A stretch of 61,174 nucleotides of DNA, filler included, from Sphacelaria rigidula (lineage: Eukaryota): the NCBI GenBank assembly GCA_964200075.2. It is 4 parts of 4 records of this genome, joined end to end, with 100 filler letters (N's around TTAATTAATTAA, not from the genome) between each part and the next. Parts side by side here need not be neighbours in the genome. Positions count along the whole stretch, not along the records: positions 45,960 to 61,174 come from CAXNAA020001859.1; 3 more parts are not named here. One strand, written 5' to 3'. Positions within the stretch are counted from its first letter, which is position 1. Every line of letters starts with the position of its first letter. Below the pieces are notes generated by a model. That model was not told where the DNA came from. It made no database searches and worked only from the letters and a program-made list of their open reading frames with translations. Shown piece by piece: positions 51,401 to 61,174 of the stretch. A program made the position numbers and the translations under genes.

Positions 51401-54003
51401 ACCATGTACCAACACTTCAACACGATATCCCACCTGGCGATACTGTCGCTCGGTCATGTCCGCGCTTGCCGCCCTCAATACTCACGCCGTCGCAGCTTAT
51501 CAGCCTTGTGGTAGCTTTTGCGGCCACCGGCTTGACCTCAGAAATCTGGTCTCCGTTGAGTGAGATCGAATGCTGCTCCCTACCCGCCGCGGCCGAGAGA
51601 TGTGGCCTTGGCTGGCTGACCCTGTCGCCCTCACTACCTCCCTCTCCCGACAATCTGGGTGCAAACAGGGAATAGATCGTTCAAAAGAAGCGCGTTAGGT
51701 TACGGCCGCCAGTAAGCACACGCTACAATGTTGGAATGTTAGAATATCATAACGAGGATGACTCTATTGCTCACCTGTTCCTCCTGCAGTATTGTACAAT
51801 CCAACAATCCAACAGTACAGTACTATTATAGAAAATAAATCCATGGATATTCACAGTAGGAGGGGAGGGGGGGGGGACTGACGCCAACTCGCCGCCAAGT
51901 GAAATCCATGGTTTGAAACCTGTCCAAGGTGATACTGTACGCGCTTACCCTATTCCGAACCAAAAACTTAGTGTAGGCAGCCCGAGAAGCCTCGGCTGAG
52001 CGGGTCCACGCGGTTTCCTGGGCAGTAAAGACATAGTCGTAACTACACTTCGTTTCTTTCTTTCTTGTGATCATTTTTATAACTTCCTCCTTTCATCGGG
52101 AGAAGAGGACCCATTGGTGGCGTTCTTCTTATCCTTTCAATTTATCTTCCTCAGTCTTTCGCGTTTGTTTCGTCCGTCTCATATTTCCACCCTATTTCTT
52201 CTTACTCCGTTTGTTGTGTTGTAATTGTATGGTTTGTTTCGTCATCGTGTCCTCTTCTCGACTTTCCTTTACTCGTAGCGAGTGAGTGTTTCCGTTTTGT
52301 TCACCGTGAGCATGTTTATCTTGTGGATAATGACCAATTATAACCACGACTGGATTATGACTCCTGCAGGATTGGCTAGTGTGCGACGATCAATCGATCA
52401 AACCAACAGACTTCCAACCGGCGCCTGATAACACGTGCTGCCTATGCTGGTGAAAACTTCGAAACTCCCCGCTCCTCATACATCCGATATCATTGCTGGT
52501 ACCACAATCAAGTACTGTATAATATTTTACAAAGTGAGGTGTTTCACGAGGCGCGGTAAAACATAGCGGTCAAGAGCGTAATGATATAATAGTAACCCAA
52601 AATTTTTGCCTAGCATTATATGTTGAGACTGTTCATACCCCAGCCTGCTCCTTCTCCTGGTCTGTTTATTCGGCGGACCGAAATTAGTTACGAATTGAAT
52701 ACCGTATGTACCACCACTCATAACAATATCTTAGTATTCGGGGTCTGCCGCGTAGCCATACCAGGAGTACGTACGTTACGGAGCGAAGTAGAGGCACACC
52801 GTACCCCATGTTCATGCACGGAAATGAAGGAATGCATAACAACTCCGGCTAAAAAGGGCTACTGTAGTGAGCGACAACACGGTCACATCGTCACATCGTC
52901 ACTGCGATCGTGTCGAACTCTCGAGCAGTGATCATCATCATGATCATCATCATCATGCAGAACAGGGAAACAGTGCCGCAGCGAGCGCTGCAGGTGAACG
53001 AACGCCATATTGTGTATCTCTTGTCTCAAGACGGTGGTCCAGATCTGTCTGGGGCGACAGCTTCGAGCTAAAGTAGGAATTTCTCGAGCCAAGTCGTCTT
53101 CTAAGGCTAGCATACTGTACAACAAAGTTACCGTGGCGTCTGCACTCCATCTAGTCAACCACAAACCGCAAAGTTTCCGGCAGTTGGCTCCGTTCTTCAT
53201 GAGTCCCTCCTCGAACCATTTTAGAAGCAATGGTGTCCAATGCTCAAGTACGGACTCGACCGCTGAGGGTGATAAATGCTTTGGATGCCAACAGCGCCGT
53301 CAGGCACTCCAAAACACACCGTAGTCTCAACATCCAGCAATATCATGACCCATCCAGCCACGGGCGGCCCTTTGGGTGAAAAAGAAAACGGTACGTCACA
53401 ATCGCCGCCCCCATCATTCTCTGGCTCCCGATCAACAAAAAAAGCATCACCAACGACCGAAATTCATCTCGTCCGACAATATCATCCCGATGCTGGTTAC
53501 TGTACCTTTGACCACTGTGATGATCACCCCAACCGTTCACATCTCCCACGCCACCGCCCACCACAGCCACCCCCCTTGTCGTTGCCGGCGGGCCCTTGCT
53601 CCTCGCACCTGTGACATGGTGCTGCGACGCGGGGGGTACGACCAGCTGCGATCCGCCCACTCTCCCGGGAACGAACTGGTGAGGGTTTGCTGCATCCGTC
53701 CCCGACCGAATCGTCGCTCCTCCGCCATCCGCCGCCCCTTTGCCAAAGCTTTCCTGTGGTCTTCTTTCGTTATCCCTGTGACTACTAGTATCGCCTAATG
53801 GTGCACTATCACCGCCGCCACCCTGCACCTTGTAGCTGTGGGAGACCTCGCCGCCATTTCCACTTCTGGTCCTGCCATCATGAGGGCATACGGAAGGCTC
53901 GACACCAGCGATACCGCTGCTTGTATCCGGGTATTCTTTTGTATCGCAGGCTTTGCGAGTTTCGGTGGCTTTGGTGGTGGCGTTGCCGTCGGCTGCCATG
54001 CTG
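48414..54003 (-). pseudogene. Exon-like, partly frameshifted coding relic(s) of unknown function with two Ulp1/C48-like segments
   Basis: Exon-like blocks at 54003-52900, 51654-51435, 50481-49590 and ~48975-48414, several with plausible AG/GT ends. They contain in-frame stops and frame switches. Motifs WVMILLDV...*MECRRHGNFVVQYA and PHRSPFML..VHY..KQRSCGFHA. Confidence 0.35.
52050..52405 (+). mobile_element. LINE/SINE 3' tail fragment
   Basis: Pyrimidine-rich tract, then AACCACGACTGGATTATGACTCCTG...GTGTGCGACGATCAATCGATCAA; matches 47830-47900. Confidence 0.65.
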
Positions 54004-54566
54004 CTGCAGAAATTGGGAAAGAAAAAAGCGCACGAGAGCGCGGGTGTGCGAACACCGCGTGTCGCGGGTGAGGCGGGGCAAGTGAAGTCTCGTTCAATTG
54101 TGTCCCCGCTCTGGAACTGGGAAAAGTGAAAAATGTGGACAACAAAAAAACAGCAGTTTGGGTAAAAGAGGTGACAGCGGATTGGTCGGTCGGTCGGTTG
54201 TTGCTTGTTTGATTGATTGGTTGTTGTTTCCCCACGAGAAAAATATGAAAGGGAGGAACGAAAACAAAAATGTCTCGACTTTGTCCTCGGCAGTTCTCGA
54301 CGAGAAGAGAAGATATTTTGCAGGTGCAGTATTACAACGTCCCTGTTACGACATGAATACTCTACAGCCAGCAACCGTGACAAAAATGACCGCACACGAT
54401 AACCATGGAGACAGACTACTATAATAGCCGAGACAATCCCCACTCGCAACAAGCAGGCCTTAGGCTGACTTCGCACAAAATTCCCACACCCCTCCCACAC
54501 CCCCGCTGCAGTCCCAACAAGCAACAAGCAACAAGCAACAAGCAAGCTCCTCCTTCCAATCATGTC

Positions 54567-57500
54567 TCACCTGGACGGGGGTGTCGCCGTCCCCCAACAC
54601 CGCCCGAACACCAACTTGAAGGCAGAGCAGCAACCTCCCTCCCGCTCACCGCCCGCGGCAGCAACAGCACCGTCACCCCCGCCTCCCTCGGCCCCGCGTC
54701 CGTTCCGACCCCACCCCCCAGACTGAGTTATATCTAATGTCGTGGTACCGCCCGAAGGGGATCGCCTTGCGTCAGGGGGTGTCAGGACGACGGGCGCCCG
54801 AGTTCCGTTTTTGTCCTTGACACTGCTCGCCCCGCAGCAAGAGAAGGCCTGGCGCTTCGGCTCATACGACTTGAGTAGCTTAACTGTCTGCTTATCTCCC
54901 TGTTCACGTGAACGGATGCATGGCATGCATTCATGGAACGTGTGGGTGTTTGAGTGGGCGGGTGGGTGCGTGCACGCGTGTTTTGTGTGTTTGCGTCACA
55001 CCCTAGACAAAATATTACCTTCACAAAAAGCGTATTGCGTACAGTATGGAATCTATTGTGTATATCGCACTAGACGCAATAGTCAATACTATACGCAGTA
55101 CACCTCTTGACACTTCTGGACAAAGTAATCTATTCCCCAGGGTGTGGTTTGTGTTTGTGTATGTGCGTGTGTGGGGGAGGGGGAATTGGCGGTGAAGTGT
55201 GTCACCTCCGTTATTATTTTTCTTCCTCACACTTTTAACCCTCCTCCCTCCCTCGGGATGAGACCATGGTGTCAAGGGATCAACATTACGACGAAAAAAC
55301 CTAACGCATCGGGGATCGAACCCCCGTTCTCTCCACCCTCGTGACAGTCGGACCATTACACCACCGGGGCGCGGCGGCATATAGTACGCTACTAAAAATA
55401 CATGTACGTGAGTTAATGTTACGTGTGATGCAAAGCGTATGACTTTTTTCTGCAAATGTTTCACGAACGCTACGATAGTTGGACACACCAGTAAGAGAAT
55501 GGAATCTATCCTATAATAGTACCACATAGAACTTCAACGTGACTTCAACGACAGTCTGCGCCTGCGCCTCATAGGCTTCACCCGTACCCCGAATGAAAAT
55601 AGAGGCCTTGGCTATTACCCGTAATGACACCTCTAGTCTTCAAACGAGGAGTAGAGGGATGAGCATATCATGATATTACGTGTACAATGCAGCGTAGTGT
55701 AGTGTGCAAACTGCCTACAGGTATTCCAGCTTGACCTTTCGTCTCGAAGAAGTAGCCTATTTTAGACCTTTGCTTCACCTTCCCCCGCCACCCGTTACCG
55801 TTACTCCTTCTGCTACAAAGGGAAGTTGGGTGTGGCTGTGTGTGCAAACAAAGACTGCTGAAAATCAATGAAGAGAGGAAGAAATATAGGGAAATGTTGG
55901 AAGACCAACACAGCTCCTCCGATTGATGGGTGACCGGCTGTGCTTCACACAACTACAGCAGCAACAGCAGCAACAGCAGCAACAGCAGGCAGGATGAACA
56001 TCGAACATAACAATAATTGCTTTAACCGAACAATACCTTCGATGCCTCGTACAGTGGGGGGGGGTGGCCTGAGAGGAAGATACACGCCTTCCAGTCGGCA
56101 ATGGGGCATCGGACACAGAGCTGGAACATAGTAGCACACATTCATGGTCACCAGGCCTCCACAAAAATAGGGACAGTATCCAGAGGTTTCTGATCCACCT
56201 CCTTGGGGTCTCCTACGAGGACCAGTAACGCCCAAACGATCACGAAAAGCAGTCTCGACGAAACAAACCGAGTGTTTGCCCGTTCCCCCGTCTCTCTTCA
56301 ACTCACCTTTTCCTTTGCCAGCATGATGGCCGTTTTCCCCTCCGCATCCACCGCCTCACAGAGCTCCAACACCGTCGGCCCCTCGTGACCTTCATCATTA
56401 ACGGCGGGAGTGGCCCATTCCAGGATTGCGTCCAGCACCTGCCAGGATCCGCCAGTGGAGCATGGTCGCAACAAAAAACAAGATAGACAAGAGGACAAGT
56501 GCGGTGGAGAGACACATTCCCAATAAATCAATCGGGAACGAACAGCCGATGAAAAAATGAGGATGGAGCTTTTCTTTGAGGATGACGACCTGGAAGATTA
56601 AAATCTTCGCATCCACACAAATTCTTCGAAACATGCTTGCATTCTTTCACCTACTGGTGGCTACTGACAACTACTATAATACGCGTCACACAAGTTTGGA
56701 TTCCGAAAACCCAAACTTTGGGGTCCCACATGAAGAAACAACTCTGGTGAAATAAGGTGATCCATTTTGATTCCTGAATTCCCCATAATTGTTTTGTCGC
56801 CTACGGCCCCAAAATTTCGGTTATCGGAACCCAAACTTGTGTGACGTGTAGTAATTGTCAATAGCTACCAGTAGGTGAAGGAATGCAACCATATCTCGAA
56901 GAATTGGTATGGATAATAAGATTATAATTTTGCGGGTTATCATCCTCAACGAAAAGCTCCATCCTCATTTTTTTTATCGGCTGGTGGAGGTTGACACACG
57001 GGAAACCTGAGCCAAAACAGAACAATGTACTTGTGGGGAAACTCACCCGTCAATATCGATATATGAATATTTATGTACCATGAAGACAAGAGTCCTCACC
57101 ACACTCCGCTGGCAGGACTGCACATTCATGGATCCGCTCATCACATTCTGTGTTTGCCGCATGTTAGTGGATTCGCTCCGAATCCAGCCAGGGTAACAAA
57201 TATTGGCACACAGAAGAGCAGAGTAGCCAAGGCAAATCAAGGGGAACACTTGCGAAAGGAAACTCGAGGAAGGGGAAGGGAAATGCGGAAGTAGGAGAAA
57301 GAGACAGAGGAAAACGGAAAAAAAAAATGTGACAACAATGTCCCCAAGTTTTGTAAATTACCGCCCAATAGGTTAATAATCACAAGTGAACAAAGCTAGA
57401 AAATCAGACGTCACCTTTTCTGTGGCATATTTTTGCAATACTTTAAATATATATGATACATGTACAGATATGCAGGATTGAATGATTGATTGATCGCTGC

Positions 57501-60370
57501 ACTTCCAGTAATCCCCCAGACATTTAGCCGTGGTGGTCATTATCCACATGATAGTTACATCATAGTCGCGTGAGAGACGTACCCGAGACAAAAACAGACC
57601 GGAAACACTGGCTCAAAAAAAAAGAGTAAGAAGAAACAGAAAGGTGGGGCAGACAAACAGAGCAGATCAAGATAAGAAGAGAAAAGAAAATTGTGTCGTG
57701 TACACTCATCACATACATATATTCGACTTCAAATCGCACAATCAGCTATTGATAGTGCTGTATGCATGTGTGACTTCACCGGGCACGCAGCTGGCCACCT
57801 CTACCTTCACCTCTGGAGTAGCTCCGTCACCCTCCAGGGCTTCCGAATTCAACTCAACGATACTCCACCATGGGCACACACAGTAAGAACAACAGCCAAG
57901 CACAGCGAGATACCATTGGTCGCCCATCGTGTGCAACATCCATACGCCCGTCGAATAGGCAGCGGCTGCTGCCTATTTGAGGGGGGTGCAGATGTTGCAC
58001 CCGGTAGACGACCGATGGTATCTCGCTGTCCTTCTCAGCATGTGTGCCCATCGTCGAGTGTCGTTGAATTGCATTCGGAAGCCCTGAAGGGCGACGGAGA
58101 TACTCCAGAGGTGAAGGTAGAGGTGGCCAGCTACGTGCCCGGTGAAGTCACACATCAACACAGCACTATTAACAGCTGATTGTGCGATTTGAAATCAAAT
58201 ATATATGTATGTGATGGGGTATACGTGACACATTTCCGTCTACTACGGCGTAATTAGTCAGAGATGGCAACTCCAGGATGCTTTGCCTGGACATACCCGT
58301 AGCTCTTTCTGTTTGCACTGCCTCTGTTTTGTGCCTGTTTTTTGGTAACCAGGGATGTGCACACACAATACGCATGCCCGTCTTTATCTTGTACAGTAGT
58401 ACCAGCCGGTACATCTCACCGCACTCGATCCTTGCTGAACTGAGCACATGAGAGGATTCATGCCACTCACTGTGGTGCGCCTCAGATCCGCGCCATTCTC
58501 CAGCAGCAGCTGCATGCAGACATGCATAAATTTGCATCGAAAGCGCACAAAAATGAAGTCAAGACACGCAAGGTTGACACTCAACACCCAGAACACATGA
58601 GTCAGCCACTCACTCACGAGAGCACAAAGACGTCTACATGGGCGCCGGGGGAGGGGTGGATTGATCCCTCGAGACACCCTTGAGACACCCTTGAGACAAC
58701 GGACGCGTCCCGTCCCGAACAAGGGGTAGAGTTGAACAAATGTGACGAGCAAATAGGGAACAGAAAAATACATAGAACGATCAGTCAGCGTCGGGGTTCA
58801 ATTCCGGCACGTTGTGGCCTGCTGCACTGCAGATCCATTATTTCAATTTCGGCGATATATACAGTGGTACTGCAGTGGTATAGTATCACAGTGGTGCAGT
58901 ATTGCGTACAAGAAACGCGCTTCTTTCATACCTGCGACAGCCACAATAGGTGGCGTCGTGAACCTGGGTGGTGTCGACAGTTTTCGCTGCTAACACCGCA
59001 CTACTGCAGTACCTCACATCGGGGGGGGTACTTTATCAAGGGTCACCTAACTGCACCGTGTCAGGACGCTCAACAGTGGTCGCACTATCCCTCGTCGTTG
59101 ATGGTGTGGTTACCGTATGATTGTCGCATGGGAAAGGAGAAATATCCGCAACATACCTGCGTGGCGTCGAGGTTTCCACTGATCACTGCCCAGTGCAACG
59201 GGGTCCTGAGGCATTTGTCAACACAGTCCACGGGTGCACCGGATTGCAAAAGGTACTCGATGATCTCGACGTGGTTTCCGCCAGCCGCCCTGGAGCCGTG
59301 TGTCGGAGTCATCGAGGGGAAGGGCGTGGTATGACGCCATACAGAACATGAACCAAGACGAGGGATTTGTTGGAATCGCGAACATTTTCGGTGAAACGTT
59401 ATGAAAAAGTGTTAAAGAGCGACCGACCGAAGACGATTACATGCTATCTTGCTGGGAATGAATGGCCCCTGCTTCAGTAATGCTGGGCGATGCTGCATGG
59501 AAAAGAGTAAAAAGGTGACACGCATGACTATCGCTTGTCCATAGGTGGAGGTATGGCATGCACAAGTATGTAAACACAGCAAAAAGCAATGCTATCCCTA
59601 CTGCACTTGCGTCCCTTGAGCAACTTTACAGCGTACCAGGAAGCATTGTTGGACAAACCCGGCATTAGAATACACTTAGGCGATCGCCGGTAGAAATGAG
59701 ATACAATAACGTCTTGCCGTATTTCAGGCTCATCCCGTGTGAACTGTGTCCAAGAGCCGATTAAAAAAATTGAGGATGGAGATTTTAACTGAGGACGACG
59801 ATAACCCTAAAGAGTAACATATTTGCATTCACTCCAATTTTACGAAACATGGTTGCATTCTTGCATTCTTTCAGCTACTGGTCGCTATTGACAATCACTG
59901 CACGACATACAAATTTGGATTCTGATGACCGAAAATTTTGGATCCCAGGTGTAAAATATTATGGGGAATCTAGGATCGGATCACCTAGATTTGCCAGAAT
60001 TATTTTTTTCCGAAGATCCCAAAAATTCGGTGATCGGAACCCAAATTTGTACGGCGTGTGGTATTTGTCGATGGCTACTAGTAGGTGAAGGAATGCAACC
60101 ATATTTTCAAGAATTGGTGTGAATACGGAGATTTCTCGATCTCGGGTTATCATCCTCTATGAAAATCTCCATCCTCGGTTTAAAAAATCGGCTGTTATCC
60201 CTACTGCTCGCGTCCCGTACCCCGTGGTAATACCTTGAGTGAGTCCAACTTTTACAGTAGGGGTGTCTACATTGCATCCCACCTGTGAATAGCTGTCCGA
60301 TTCTGCGCTCCCTTTTGATTGACGTCGATCTCCCCCGACTCCACATACTCCCGGACACTATCCAAGTCAC
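54567..60370 (-). CDS. Ankyrin-repeat protein, 5'-incomplete; exons 60370-60283, 59289-59157, 58509-58420, 56438-56307, 54899-54567
   Basis: Spliced product GDLDSVREYVESGEIDVNQKGAQNRTAIHRAAGGNHVEIIEYLLQSGAPVDCVDKCLRTPLHWAVISGNLDATQLLLENGADLRRTTVSGMNPLMCSVQQG...DAEGKTAIMLAKEKGDKQTVKLL is a series of ankyrin repeats. All junctions are GT-AG with matching phases. No start exon was found in the window. Confidence 0.9.
55200..55372 (-). mobile_element. tRNA-derived SINE in an ankyrin-gene intron
   Basis: A-box TGGTGTAATGG (55363-55353) and B-box GGTTCGATCCC (55322-55312), followed by a non-tRNA body; 3' boundary approximate. Confidence 0.55.
56543..56983. mobile_element. Foldback MITE, family copy 2
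   Basis: CAGCCGATGAAAAAATGAGGATGGAGCTTTT ... AAAAGCTCCATCCTCATTTTTTTTATCGGCTG; palindromic throughout. Confidence 0.85.
57480..57690 (-). mobile_element. LINE/SINE 3' tail fragment
   Basis: Reverse complement reads CTCGGGTACGTCTCTC...ACCACGGCT...GTGCAGCGATCAATCAATC. Confidence 0.6.
57692..58232 (-). ncRNA. Long intronic inverted repeat (~270-bp arms, 4-nt loop); candidate miRNA/hairpin-RNA precursor
   Basis: 57692-57963 is reverse-complementary to 57968-58232. 57766-57820 pairs with 58101-58155 with a single mismatch, which is a G:U pair on the host-gene strand. The inverted repeat is certain; an RNA function is inferred. Confidence 0.5.
59754..60194. mobile_element. Foldback MITE, family copy 3
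   Basis: GAGCCGATTAAAAAAATTGAGGATGGAGATTTT ... AAAATCTCCATCCTCGGTTTAAAAAATCGGCTG; palindromic. Confidence 0.85.
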
Positions 60371-61100
60371 CTGGCGTAATGCATTGAAAAGCACGATTTA
60401 GCCAGTCGTCAGTATTGCGCTGCTGTTGCTGTACTGTGCTTTGGCCGAGTGTGCGGGAAAAATGTTCGGTACAGTATATCCAGTTTCGACGGGGAAAGAA
60501 ACGGAACAACTGAGGGCATTTATTCAGAAACAACAACAAAAAGTCGAAAACCGAAGTCACAATTCATCACGATGCTGAGATTGGCCCGCTGTCCTGGACC
60601 ACAACCAGTCTGAGTTCGTTTCTTTTGAGCCCTCGAAAAATCCCAAAACGTGCCTGAAATCAACAAGGTGAGCATTGTTTGTCGAAAGGTGGCATCAACA
60701 GGACCGAAGAGGAACATAGACATACCGAGCAGTATGCTTTGTGAAATTTAGATATGTATCTAACTTTTCCGTCGATGCTCTCCTAATCTTGTTTGCTTCG
60801 AGGCCGTCCTGACACACCTCGAGCATGCTTGAATTTCGCACCGCATTCCACATTGTTTCAACTCTACCCTATTCTACTGTGCTACTGTCTGTGCTATAGT
60901 TGTACTGCACGCTTATGCAGACAGACACAAGGCGGACATGATAATTCATTTTTTTCATGAACGGCTGATTACAATACAACAACAGGAAATCTTTGTGACA
61001 TGGCGCATCCGGTGCCAACAGCAGTGTACGCCGTGGCTGTCTCTGCATGCATATTGTTTCAAGCTGCAGTAGTGTGCAGCTCCTCGATGTAGAAGATTTT

Positions 61101-61174
61101 CATACGTCGGACGAGCACGAGTGTGACTCGTGGCACTCGCACTCGTTGGGCTGCTCCTTCGCCGTAAAAATGAA
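61101..61174. mobile_element. DNA-transposon terminus (same family as 31743), running off the window
   Basis: CATACGTCGGACGAG followed by ACGAG/CACTCG repeats. Confidence 0.5.

Overview
Eukaryotic, intron-rich and transposon-rich genomic DNA, most likely from a brown alga (inferred from gene structure and repeat style). Three 100-bp scaffold spacers interrupt it. Four genes on the minus strand could be spliced by hand: (1) a 3-exon linker histone H1 with an unusually long C-terminal domain; (2) a USP/C19 deubiquitinase with poly-Asn tracts and a GC-AG intron; (3) a 10-exon, 740-aa PRP38 with a large RS/RD domain ending in a HIND (Hub1-binding)-like motif; (4) a 5'-incomplete ankyrin-repeat gene. 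One ankyrin intron holds a ~540-nt foldback that is a candidate miRNA/hairpin-RNA locus. The 25-54 kb interval is mostly decayed mobile DNA: a degenerate Gypsy LTR element, RTE-like LINE 3' ends, hAT-type and foldback MITEs, and a possible Helitron remnant; tRNA-derived SINE heads lie outside it (~15.8 and ~55.3 kb). Apparent gene relics are also present: CCDC112-like exons, Ulp1-like fragments, and a TBC RabGAP-like pseudogene antisense to the USP gene. All family assignments come from motif recognition by eye; no database searches were run.
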